Positions 50,603-62,627 of a stretch of DNA of 64,000 nucleotides are shown here, piece by piece. The stretch comes from Squalus acanthias (lineage: Eukaryota): contig CM059432.1 of NCBI GenBank assembly GCA_030390025.1, positions 11,780,001-11,844,000 of the forward strand, read 5' to 3'. The notes below the pieces were generated by a model. The model saw only the letters and a program-made list of their open reading frames with translations, had not been told where the DNA came from and ran no database searches. Made by a program: the position numbers and the translations under genes. Each line of letters begins with the position of its first letter. Within the stretch, counting starts at the first letter, position 1.

Positions 50603-53600
50603 CTAGGAAAAAAGAAACATAAAAACTCAGCTGACCACCTCATATTTCACCACAAGTTATGTCTCATTTTGAAGGTTGGAAGGACTACCCAGACTAATTT
50701 TGGAAGACAATATCAATTAAGGCAAGGAAATAAGTAATTTCAGTGATGAGCGGAGTAACGTTACATGACGCAGGCGTTTATCCAAGGTTGTCTGCCAAAG
50801 TTACAGAAGATGATCAGGAGAACCCCAACGGAAGTTCCACCTCAATATTGCTGAACGGTAAACCTTTTCAAATGGCCTGGAACTTTCTACTTTTTTGGCA
50901 AAATCCAACATCATCAGCTCTCACCTAGGCCTCCCCACCCACTTCCCCCCCCCACCCCCGCCGGCTTGGTAAATGTCAGCCCTGCACAGCCTCCGTCCCC
51001 TCTCCCCTGGAATTAAACTAAGGGCCTACTGTTTAGATTCACCAGTATGCCCCTCCCCCTGTGGCATTTAAATTAGGCTCCTCTCTTTAAAAGCCCCATG
51101 GTTTTAGACCGAAGGTCTTCGTTCACCTCAGGCCCAGCTCAATTTCTGTTGTTCTTCACTTTCTGTCCCACAGCCACAGTGCTCAGCAGCCGAACTGAAA
51201 TTCAATCCCTTCCACCAATCACCCCTCCCCCTACACTTCCGTTCCCCCCCCCCTCCCCACAAGGCATCATTCTTGCACCACCCCCCCCCCCCACCGCCCT
51301 TGAACCCTACCTTCCTCCGCCCCCCCCAACCTGAGCTTTTTTGGCAATGGGACTTCCCCCAAAACCGCGCAGGATTTTGCCCCCCCCCACCCAACTAATG
51401 AACACCATTTTGGCCATTCACAACTCTTCCCCTCATCCCACTCCCCCAGCAGCAAGCTGACCATCCGGAACCCCTCCTACTGACAGAGCAGCTTTTGATT
51501 CCTCCAGCCCCCCCACCCCCCCTCAGAGCTGTTTTCAAGCCCCTCCCTTCCTCACTCCCTCTCTCCCCCCATCCCCACCGCTTGACACGTCCCCTCCCAG
51601 GAAAACGGGCCGGCCTTTTAAAATCGCCGGTGGGACTTGCCCGCCGAGGTCCTGCTATCTTCCCGCAGGTTCCGATTTTAACATGCTTCTCTCAGCAGTA
51701 CTTCCCGTACTCCTTCCCCCGGGAATTTCCATGAGGGTCGGGTCGCTGCCGGCAAGGCAAGAGGCCCGAAAGTCAGCTGCTCCAAACGGGCGAGCCACCT
51801 CTGGAGGGGCGACAGGTGCCAGCCGCTGACTTCATTGATTGAAACGAAGCCCGTGGCCCAATTACGGGCCGGGGTCGGGCCTCCCGGTTGGGCCGCGCGC
51901 TCAGTGCACGCCACCAGTTATAGAGCTCAAAACAGGCCGCAACTGATTCCCAACCCCACCCTTGTGTAGGTGCGGAAGTCTGTCTGGAGATTGAGAGTCA
52001 TTCTATCTCTTTTTATGCTTTTCTCAATGCAACACTGAAACTGGCACACGTGACGCAGTGCGATGCTTGATGTGTCAGAGGCTCGTATCAGATCTTTCAT
52101 CTACTGACTAGCTGATCTCCAGCGATAACCTGGGGCGCGATCTTGCCAGCCCTGGGGAGGCAGGTTTGGAGGCGGGACTGCCGGGAAAATGGCAGAATCT
52201 GGGAGCGGGTGCCCATCCCGCCCCCAACCCACCTCCGTGCCATCTCCCCAGGATGCGGGTACCCGACCCGCGCCGGGTCCTGTCTCCTGGAGGCAGGAAG
52301 GGGATTACAGCCACTTAACTGCCTGTTAACAGGTAGTTAACAGGCAGTTAAGAGGATTATCTCCATTTTTCCAGGAGAGGCGCGGGCTTCCTGACGTTGG
52401 GAAACACCGCCAGGGTCACCGAGGTGAGCAGTGGGTCTGCGGGGGTCGGAGGGGTGCAAAAGTGCGCTGTGGAGGTAAGTGATGGGTGCAAGTGTGGAGA
52501 GGTAAGTATGTGAGGTGAGTGGAAAGTGATAGAAAATGTTTACTTCGCTTTGTTTCTTCCTGCAGGCTACAACAGTTGGGGATGCGGAGAGTCTTGCATC
52601 TCACCGGCAGAGATGACAGATGGCTGCTGCATTCTCCGATGCAACAACCATCTAATTTCTGCTCACAAGAGGTTTGATGAGTCTTGAATACAAGAACTCA
52701 TCAAACAACAGAGAATGTCAGTGTTTGACAGCTTCACAGAGCTGTCAAACGATGACAATTCATCTGTCAAATATTTTTGACAGATGAAATGTCATACGTT
52801 GACGTTCTCTGCAACCGGCTTCCCCTTAATTGGCCTGCTAAGCCCACTGGGTCGGTTTAACAAGGTCAATCAAGGGAAAATAGCGTAGGTTGGCCAGAAG
52901 TCGATGGAGGCGGGACTAAATCCTGACAAGCAGCAGTCCCGCCTCCAACGCGCCCCATTGGCAAAAAGTCGCCCCCTCTGGTGTCTGAAACATTGGCCTC
53001 GGGTTTTCCGCCGGTTCAGCCGAATCCGGCTGGAATCGGGGCCAAACCGGCACAAAAGATCGCGGAATTTGAAACGCAAGTTACGTCAAGCGTAAGTCGA
53101 GCTTCCGCGATCGTTAACGCTGGCTTAAAAAAAAAAATCGTGCCGGAAGCAAAACTGGCCACGTCCCCAGATCGCAATAATGATCATGACGAGTTTCCTC
53201 CCACTGCGCCCAGTCGAGAGAGGAGGCTCTTCAAATTCACCTTGGGATTTTTCTTTAAGCGCACGGGCGCTGGTAGGAATGTTTTAAAAGTTTTAAAAAC
53301 GATTTAATTTACTAAGAAACCGACCAGTGAAACTAGTAAATAGTTCGGTATAGTATTTTTTTTTTTAAGTCATTTTCAGTGATTTAAATTAAGGTTATTC
53401 ACAGGTGGAGGACTGGACACTCTTATTAAAAATGCTTATGTTTTGTGATAAACCCCATTTTCAGCTGTATGAATAAAACTGCGCCAGGTCACCGCTCTTA
53501 AACACATCGAGGAATATTTTTTAAACACAAAAGAAAATAAATAAACGATCGCGTGCTATTACGCTGCCCGCTTGCGCTGGTTCACGGACGATTTTACGTT

Positions 53601-54365
53601 CGTGATTGTGCAAATGGCTTTGGCCGGAAACTTGAACCCTGACATTGGAAAAACAGCGCCCCATTATGTTGAGCTGCTACCCTACCTATTCCATTAAGGT
53701 CACTGCTCAGATTCTCCCCTGCGGTGAAGTAACCGAAATAGATTCTGGAGGTCAGATTGCTCAGTTTTGACTTGTTGGCGTTGTTACCCCTGAATGCGGC
53801 GTCTGGGCTGTGACATCTGGGGAGCAGTGGATACTTTCAAAATGCTTATATAAATAAATAAAGAACTCACTCTGAGGGGACGATGCTTCTACGGGACTTG
53901 GCGACATTGAAGCATGAGATCTTGCTGTAGAACAGAATTATGACAAATTAGAAACTGGCCTTTTATGCATTCTCTGTCCCTTCGCCCAGCGTTTGTGACA
54001 GTCCTGTAGCTGCTTTAGCCCCACTCTCAGAGACGCCCTCTCTAAACCCCTCCACATCTGCTTCTCCCTCCTACTTTAAAAGCCTTCTCAAAACCCATCT
54101 TTTGAACCAGGCTTTCGGTCATTCCTCCTTAACTCTCCCCCAAGGCTTGATGCTCATCTGTGAAGTGCCTTGAGACATTTTTGCATTAAATTCACGATAT
54201 AAATGCAAATTATCATTGGTGCGAAATAAAATGTACCAATCTAACTATTCAATGCATACATAAATATATACAAAAATATAAAGCAGAAGAACCCTGCCAT
54301 TGTTGAAATGTTATTGGAATTCTAAATTGGGGATGTAAAGACGCAAAGGAATTAGGTCTCTGTTG

Positions 54366-54786
54366 TGAGTCAGAAGGTTGTGGTTTTAAGTCCCACTTGA
54401 GCACGTAATCTAGGCTGACACTCCAGTGCAGTACTGAGGGAGCGCTGCACTGTCAGAGGTGCCGTCTTTTGGATGAGATGTTAAACCGAGGCCCCGTCTG
54501 CTCTCTCAGGTGGACGGAAAAGATTCCACGGCACTATTTCGAACAAGAGCTGGGGAGTTCTCACCGTTGTCTTGGCCAATATTTGTCCCTCAACTAAAAT
54601 CTAAAAACAGATTGTCTGGTCATTATCACATTGCTGTTTGTGGGAGCTTGCTGTGCGCAAATTGGCTGCCGCGTTACCTACATTACAACAGTGACAACAC
54701 TTCAAAAAGTACCTCATTGGCTGCAAAGTGCTTTGAGACGACCTGAGATCACGAAAGAAATTATATAAATGCAAATTCTTTCTTTC
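54366..54786 (+). mobile_element. Same SINE family (5'-truncated)
   Basis: Core and tail similar to 3575-4030. Confidence 0.8.
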
Positions 54787-55199
54787 TAGTGGAAATACAG
54801 CAGAGAATGACGCCGGATAGCAGCAGTGCCCGAGCTCTCAGTTTGGAAACTGTGCTTTGATTCCAGTCCTGAGTTCACACATGGGCTTCCGCCAGGGACC
54901 AGGAGGAGAAGCTAACATGTGTGGGGAAGGTGGCGGGTGGAGAGTGAGCAGTGAGCAGTTCCAGCATTGCTCAAGCATCAGGGAGTAGCTTTGATGACAT
55001 CTACAGAAATGGCTACTGCCTTGACTGTAATGGGAGAAGTAGAAAAATAAAAATAATATATATTTTTTTTTTAAATAACATCTTTAAAATGTTCACCATT
55101 GAAAAATCACCATGATGTGCTGGCAGCAATCAAATATTTATTTCTTCCAGGATTCATTAGCTACCTTTTTATTAATTTAAATCCCATTGATAATTAAAT

Positions 55200-55995
55200 T
55201 TCAATGTAGGCAAATGTGAGGTCATCCACTTTGGACCTTAAAAGGATATATCAGATTACTTTTTAAATGGGGAAAAGCCAGAAACAGTGGATGTTCAAAG
55301 AGACTTAGGGGTCCATGTACATCGATCATTAACATGTCATGGACAGGTACAAAAAATAATCAAAAAGGCTAATGGGATGCTGGTCTTTATATCCAGAGGA
55401 CTAGAATACAAGGGGGTAGAAGTTATGCTACAGCTATACAAAACCCTGGTTAGACCACACCTGGAGTACTGTGAGCAGTTCTGGGCACCACACCTTAGGA
55501 AGGATATATTGGCCTTGGAGGGAGTGCAGTGTAGGTTTACCAGAATGATACCCGGACTCTAAGAGTTAAATTATGAGGAGAGATTACACAAACTAGGGAT
55601 GTATTCCTTGGAATTTAGAAGGTTAAGGGGGATCAAAACATTTTCAAGATATTAAGGGGAACAGATAGGGTAGATAGAGAGAAACTATTTCCGCTGGTTG
55701 GGGATTCTAGGACTAGGGGGCATAGTCTAAAAATTGGAGCCAGACCTTTCAGGAGTGAAGTTAGGAAACACTTCTACACACAAAGGGTGGTAGAAGTTTG
55801 GAACTCTCTTCCGCAAACAGCAATTGATGCGAGATCAATTGTTAAATTTTAAATCTCAGATCGATAGATTTTTGTTAACCAAAGGTATTAAGGGATATGG
55901 GACAAAGGCGGTTATTACAGATCGGCCATGATCTCACTGAATGATGGAGCAGGCTCGAGGGGCTAAATGGCCTCCTCCTGTTCCTATGTTCCTAA
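55200..55995 (+). mobile_element. CR1 LINE 3' fragment
   Basis: ORF 55287..55562 and tail; same subfamily as 19150-21095. Confidence 0.88.
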
Positions 55996-57049
55996 ATACA
56001 TACATAGTTTGGCAACTCTTTACATAGTTATGCAACAGAATTACAAAAAATTCTTCAGTTCAATCTTGTACCACCAATTCTATGGTAGACTTAATTGTAC
56101 ATCCGTACTTCCAGCAGTGAGAACTAACACAGATCTATCAGCCTTTTCCAACACAGCCCTTTAGAATGCGATTCACTGTAATGGGAAGGAAGGTGAAACC
56201 GTGCTCTTATTCTTACAATACCTTCTGGGCAAAAAAAAAACTACAGATTTATGAAAACGGGCAATTATTTAAAATTTATTTGGTTGAGTTTTAAGGAATT
56301 GAGCATGAAAATTTATCTGATGGAATCGCTTTATCTGTTCAGCTATTTTAGCTATGAGGAAAGATTGGATAGGCTGGGGTTGTTTTCTTTGGAACAGAGG
56401 AGGCTGAGGGGAGATTTAATTGAGGTGTGTAAAATTATGAGGGGCCCAGATAGAGTGGATCGGAAGGACCTATTTTCCTTAGCAGGGAGGTCAACAACAA
56501 GGGGCATAGATTTAAAGTTATTGGTAGAAGGATCAGAGGGGAGTTGAGGAGAACTTTTTTCACCCAGAGGGTGGTGGGGGGTCTGGAACTCACTGCCTGA
56601 AAGGGTGGTAGAGGCAGAAACCCTCATCACATTTAAAAAGTACTTGGATGTGCACCTGAAGTGCCGTAACCTACAGGGCTACGGACCAAGAGCTGGATTA
56701 GGCTGGATAGCTCTTTGTCGATCGGCACCGACACGATGGGCCGAATGGCCTCCTTCTGTGCCATAAATTTCAATGATTCTATGATTCAGATAAAAAATAA
56801 AAAGACCAAAGTTCCGATGAAGGTCCCTAGCTGAAGCATTAACCTGCCTTTCTCTTTTTAGATACTAAAGGATCTTCCAGTGTTTTTTACCAGTGTTTTG
56901 TGTTTTAATTTTATCCTGGGAGTTGGTTTAAGTATTATGAAAATGACCTTTGCTCTTTCCATAGGGCCCCACTGCAGACTATTTGAGTTAATTAAGGACA
57001 AATCAATCTCCAATTCTGAAAGTGTCTCGAGACATCAATAAGTACTTAC

Positions 57050-57106
57050 CGGAAGGAGTTGGCCTCAGTAAGGAAGAAGCTGGTAGAGAGGTACTAGTAG
57101 AATGAA
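57050..57106 (-). CDS. Exon of uncharacterised minus-strand gene (x-HSTSTSLPASSLLRPTPS-A), Ser/Pro-rich linker
   Basis: Minus strand: cctttctcttctggttcttacag|TT CAT ... TCC G|gtaagt; 57 nt, phase 1-1, strong splice sites, in frame with the next exon. Confidence 0.7.
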
Positions 57107-57197
57107 CTGTAAGAACCAGAAGAGAAAGGTTAGCCAAACCCAGCACCAACATTTCACTATAATTAAAACAAGTTAAATGCATTTCCTCCTACACAAC

Positions 57198-57523
57198 CAT
57201 CTTTCGGATGAGACGTTTAAGCCGAGGCCCCGTCTGCCCTCTCAGGTGGACGTAAAAAAATCCCATGGCACTATTTCAAAGAAGAGCAGGGGAGTTCTCC
57301 CCGGTGTCCTGGCCAATATTTATCCCTCAACCAACATCACTTAAATCAGATTATCCGGTCATTATCACATTGCTGTTTGTGGGAGCTTGCTGTGCGCAAA
57401 TTGGCTGCTGCGTTTCCTACATTACAACAGTGACTACACTTCAAAAAGTACTTCATTGGCTGTAAAGCGCTTTGGGACGTCCCGAGGTCGTGAAAGGCGC
57501 TATATAAATGCAAGTCTTTCTTT
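57198..57523 (+). mobile_element. Same SINE family (5'-truncated)
   Basis: Core and tail similar to 3575-4030. Confidence 0.8.
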
Positions 57524-57856
57524 ATAAAATAACTAAAAGTAATATCAAATTATTAAAATTAGGTTTGTACTTTTTCATCATTGAAATTTCATGACAACAA
57601 CAACTTGTATCTGTATAGCGTCTTTAACATAGTAGAAACATCCCAAGGGGCTTCACAGGAAAGTTTACAAACAAAATTTGGCCCCGAGCCAAATGCAGTT
57701 CATGGCCATTGGGATGGAGCCAAGCTCACATTATTGGTCCCATGTTGTGCTTTGTTGTAAGCACGTGTAAATTATTATTGATCACAGTACTAGCAGAAGG
57801 AAAGAATTATCTGATTGGGTGCATTTTCTGCATTGAGTTATATTATTTGTTGTATT

Positions 57857-58614
57857 GGGCCATAATTTGCTGGGGCAGGGCATCGAACAGCGTCTGCCAT
57901 TAGTTCGAGTTGCCCTTACATGCTTAGGTTTTTAAAAATTTTTTGAGCTGATAACGGGGCAGCGAGGGGAAACCAGCATCTGGGACTTGAGCAAACAACT
58001 GTGTATCCCCTTAACCAATCAGATTGAAGCATTGTGAAATTAACAGGGCAAGGACAGAGAAGGACGTGTAAATTAGAGTGGGTGAATTCAATGTCAAATC
58101 AGGTACAGAAAGAGAAATAAAAAGGAGAGAAAGTAAGATTGGATTGAGAGAGAGAGAGAGAGAGAAAAATGAGACAGAAAGGAAATTAAAAAAAAAATTA
58201 CATTTCAAATTTTACCTATTTAAAATCTCCAACAACAATTAAAACCTGAAGGAATGAGACTCCACGCTTGCAATAGTTAATTTCCAGTGCCAGAGAGGTT
58301 GACTGGCAGTAATTAACATTTATCACATCGTTAAAAGGGTATTTAGACTGAAATGGACAAGACTTAACTTTTTGTGGCGAGTTTAGTTCGTATCTACCGC
58401 GCAAGTACAGCAACTTTACGCCATTCAATGCATTTTGATGGTGAGGCGCATAGCGAGATGCCATTTTCGTGAAGCTAACGGCGGAGCAACTCGGACAGCA
58501 ACTTTTGGATATTTGAGTTTAACCGCGCATCTGCCTGAAATTGCTGTGCCATTTGCGCATAAATAATGGGAGCGCCATTAGCCTCGTCGTTATTTTGACA
58601 GCAAATGACGTCCC
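57857..58614. mobile_element. Harbinger-like MITE (same family as 14892-15906)
   Basis: Degenerate TIRs gggccataatttgctg / cagcaaatgacgtccc; flanked by att; shared internal blocks (ccagagaggttga, cgttaaaagggta). Confidence 0.6.
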
Positions 58615-58961
58615 ATTATGTTATATTACACAGTTCTATATTAGAATGACTGCCACTCATCATATAACGCTGAGCACACAGTTGCTAAACGGCTGCACCT
58701 TGTCCCTGATTGACTGTGACAGATAGTTACCAATGAATCTTGGCAGCACCGTTAATCTATCATTAGGTTACTAGGATAGTCCTCATGCATGCCTGAAGCA
58801 TATTCTGCAGTCCCCAGTTCCCAACTGGGGAATGTTAATGGCTGCAAGCAACTATAGGGCCCTGGAAACTGCAGGCTCTTAGATATACTTGTGGATGTTT
58901 TCATTTACATCCAGATCAGAATTTTCCATTTCTCGCTCAGCAAAGGGGGGACCTAAGTTAC

Positions 58962-58999
58962 CTCGGAAGATTATGGGGTAAAATGAGATTGGCTGACAG
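58962..58999 (-). CDS. Possible upstream small exon of the minus-strand gene (x-CQPISFYPIIFR-V)
   Basis: attctttattcag|C TGT ... CGA G|gtaact; 38 nt, ends in phase 1, compatible with the 57106 exon; supported by splice signals only. Confidence 0.4.
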
Positions 59000-59415
59000 C
59001 TGAATAAAGAATATCAAATTCACCACAGTGGCACTGCAGTGAGTAATCAGAGACCAGTGACTACAATCACCATTCTACAGAGAATACTTAAAAACTAATT
59101 AAAGGACTTTCAACATTTTCTGTTGTCACAATAAAGACACTGCAGAGGCTCTTCCCCAAACATATTCCACAGCTAAGGCTAATCCAGTCACTTTGACTGT
59201 GATTTTTCTTTCCATTCATAACACCATGAGCTCATTACGTTAGCATCTGGTATTAAATTACTAAAAACGGTTACAATCCTAGAGAACATTAGACAGCAAT
59301 GAGAGTGCAGAGGGATTCTCAAATTCTACATCAAGATATATAAATACCCAAAATAACAACAGAAAACGCTGGAAAAACTCAGCAGGCCAGGCAGCATCCG
59401 TGGAGAGAGAAACAG

Positions 59416-59452
59416 AGTTAACGTTTCAGGTCGAAGACCTTTCGTCAGAACT
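59416..59452 (-). ncRNA. Minimal type I hammerhead ribozyme (Penelope-associated, family A)
   Basis: agtt-CTGACGA-a-aggtc-ttc-gacct-GAAA-cg-TT-aact: core boxes intact, stems I and II pair, palindromic minimal stem III. Confidence 0.8.
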
Positions 59453-59732
59453 GGAAAAAGGCAGGAAATGAAATAGATTTAAAGCAAGGATAAAGCTGGG
59501 AAAAGGGGGAGGGGATGAAAGAACAAAAGGAGAGATTAAGAGACATTGAGAGACATTAAGAGATAATCAAGGCAAGAGGAGGTGTTAATGTAACAGGTTG
59601 AGGCTAAAAGAAGTGTGAAATGCACTGGCAGAATGACCGAATATATACTACTACCTCAAACTAAGGACATTGTAATTAACTCTACAACCCAAAGGGAGTG
59701 GCGTAACATCTGGCCTACATTAGATACATATT

Positions 59733-62627
59733 ACAAAATCAAAATACTGCAGATGCTGGAAATCTGAAAAAGAAACAGAAAATGCTGGGAACACTCAGCA
59801 GGTCAGGCAGCATCTGTGGAGAGAGAAACAGAGTTAACGTGTCAGGTTGATGACCTTTCGTCAGAACTGGAAAAAGTTAGAGTTGTAACAGGTTTTAAGC
59901 AGAGGCAGAGGCAGGGAAAGGGGGGAGGGGAGGAAAGAACAAAAGGGAAGATCTGTAAAGGCAGAAGGAGATGGTAATGGGACTAGTAAAGAAAGAAAAG
60001 CTAAGTCTAGAAGAGGTGTAAATGGGAATGGCAGAATCATCAACAGCTGCCATCTGAAAAAATAGGGGCAGAGGTTATGGTCTGAAATTGTTGAACTCGA
60101 TGTTGAGTCCAGAAGGCTGTAATCGAAAGATGAGGTGCTGTAATCGAAAGATGAGGTGCTGTTCCTCGCGCTTACGTTGAGCTTCGTTGGAACAGTGTAA
60201 AAGGCCGAGGACAGAGAGGTTAGAGTGGGAGTGGAGCGAAGAATTAAAGTGACAGGCGACCGGAAGCTCAGGGTCATGCTTACGGATGGAACGGATGTGT
60301 TCCGCAAACCGGTCACCCAATCTGCGTTTAGCCTTCCCAATGTAGAGGAGACCGCATCGTGAGCAGTGAATACAGTATACTAAATTGCAAGAAGTACAAG
60401 TAAATCGCTGTTTCACCTGGAAGGAGTGTTTGGGGCCCTGGACAGTGGGAAGGGAGGAGGTAAAAGGGCAGGTGTTACATCTCCTGCGCTTGCACGGGAA
60501 GGTGCCGTGGGAAGGGGAAGGAGTTTTGAGGGTGATTGAGGAGTGGACCAGGGTGTTGCGGAGGGAATGGTCCCTTCGGAATGCTGATTCGGGAAGGGAG
60601 CGGAAGATGTGTTTGGTGGGATCACGCTGGAGGTGGCGGAAATGGCGGACGATGATCCATTGAATGTAGAGGTTGGTGGGGTGAAAGGTGAGGACAAGGG
60701 GAATCCTATCGTGGTTCTGGGAGGGAGGGGAAGGGGTGAGAGCAGAAGTGCGGGAAATGGAACGGACACGGTTGAGGGCCATGTCAACCACGGTAGAGGG
60801 GAATCCTCGGTTGAGGAAAAAGGAAGACATATCAGAAGCACTGATATGGAAGGTGGCATCATCAGAACAGATGCGGTGGAGACGGAGGAACTGGGAGAAT
60901 AGAGTCCTTAAAGGAAGCGGGGTAGGAGGAAGTGTAGTCCAGGTATATATTAATGATCTAGACAAGGGAACTAGATGTAATATCTCCAAGTTTGCAGATG
61001 ACACAAAACTGGGTGGGCGTGTGTGCTGCGAGGAGGATACCGAGAAACTCCAGGATGATTTGGACAGGTTGGGTGATTGGGCAGAAGCGTGGCAGATGCA
61101 ATATAACGTGGATAAATGCGAGGTTATCCACTTTGGTGTCAAAAACAGAAAGGCAGATTATTATCTGAATGGCAATAGATTGGGAGAAGGGGAAGTGCAA
61201 CGAGACCTGGGTGTCCTTGTGCACCAGTCGCTGAAGGTAAGCATGCAGGTGCAGCAGGCGGTTAAGAAGGCAAATGGTATGTTGGCCTTCATAGCGAGAG
61301 GGTTTGAGTACAGGAACAAGGATGTCTTGCTGCAGTTGTACAGGGCCTTGGTGAGACCACACCTTGAGTACTGTGTGCAATTTTGGTCACCTTATCTGAG
61401 GAAGGATGTTCTTGCCATGGAAGGAGTTCAGCGAAGATTCACAAGGCTGATACCTGGGATGGCAGGAATGACGTATGAAGAGAGATTGGGTCGATTGGGC
61501 TTACACTTGCTGGAGTTTAGAAGAATGAGAGGGGATCTTATTGAAACTTATAAAATTCTGACAGGACAGGACAAACTAGATGCAGGAAGGATGTTCCCGA
61601 TGGTCGGGGAGTCCAGAACCAGGGGTCACAGTCTAAGGATAAGGGGTAAGCCATTTAGGACAGAAATGAGGAGGAATTTCTTCACCCAGAGAGTGGTGAA
61701 CCTGTGGAATTCTCTGCCACAGAAGGCAGTAGAGGCCAATTCATTAAATAGATTCAAGAAGGAGTTGGATATATTTCTTAAGGCTAAAGGGATATGGGGA
61801 GAAAGCAGGTACAGGGTACTGAATTTGGATGATCAGCCATGATCGCATTGAATGGCGGAGCAGGCTAGAGGGGCCAAATGGCCTACTCCTGCTCCTATCT
61901 TCTATGATTCTAGGTAGCTGTGGGAGTCAGTGGGCTTATAGTGGATGTTTGTCAATAGCCTATCCCCAGAAATGGTGACAGAGAAGTCGAGGAAGGGAAG
62001 GGAAGAGTCGGAGATGGACCATGTGAAGGTGAGGGAAAGGTGGAAATTGGAAAAAAAGTGAAAGAAATTTTCTAGTTCAGGGTGAGAGCAGGAAACGGCA
62101 CCAATACAGTCATCAATATACTGGAAAAAGAGGTGAGGGAGGGAGCCTGAGTAGGAGTGGAACAAAGAATGTTCCACATATCCCACGAAAAGGCAGGCAT
62201 AGCTAGGGCCCATGCAGGTTCCCATAGCAACACCTTTAATTTGGAGGAAGTGGAATCAAAGGAGAAGTTGTTCAATGTGAGAACATGTTCAGCTAGGCGG
62301 AGTAGGGTGGCGGTGGATGGGGACTGGTTGTGCCTCTGTTCAAGGAAGAAGCGGAGCGCTCTCAGGCCATCCTGGTGGGGGATGGAGGTGTAGAGGGATT
62401 GGACGTCCGTAGTGAAAAGGAGGCGGTTGGGGTCGGGAAACTGGAAACTGTTAAAGTGGCGGAGGGCGTCGGAAGAGTCGCGGATGTAGGTGGGAAGAGA
62501 CTGGACAAGGGGAGAAAAAAGAGAGTTGAGATAGGAAGAAATCAGTTCCATGGGGCAAGAACAGGCTGAAATGATGGGTCTACCAGGGCAGTCCTGTTTG
62601 TGGATCTTGGGAAGGAGGTAGAAACGG
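59733..62627 (-). mobile_element. Penelope-like retroelement (RT plus GIY-YIG endonuclease), 5'-truncated, split by a CR1 insertion
   Basis: RT motifs DVQSLYTSIP, MGTCMGPSYA, YIDD and PFLD (61902-62551); GIY-YIG NLVYCIHCSRCGLLYIG...RLGDRFAEH...GLN (60075-60420); direct terminal repeat at about 59349-59620. Confidence 0.92.
60946..61911 (+). mobile_element. 5'-truncated CR1 nested in the Penelope element
   Basis: Starts at YINDLD, ends in ctatgattct tail; aggta duplicated at 60941-60945 and 61912-61916. Confidence 0.92.

Noticed and set aside
50930..52560. Pro/Gly-rich ORFs and a possible CpG-island promoter
   Set aside because: Low-complexity C-runs and GC-rich MITE-like fragments inside an intron of the minus-strand gene; no coherent protein.
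56808..56848. Additional hammerhead ribozyme
   Set aside because: Core is decayed (CCGATGA, GAAG) and stem II is broken; relic only.
49081..57106. Calling the minus-strand gene PRELID3A, RIPK3, TRIF or ZBP1
   Set aside because: No PRELI, kinase, TIR or Zalpha sequence is visible in the window; only RHIM-like motifs, so no symbol is assigned.
59239..59278. Candidate minus-strand exon (IVTVFSNLIPDAN)
   Set aside because: Its only open frame ends in phase 0, incompatible with the phase needed by the downstream exons; unsupported without transcripts.
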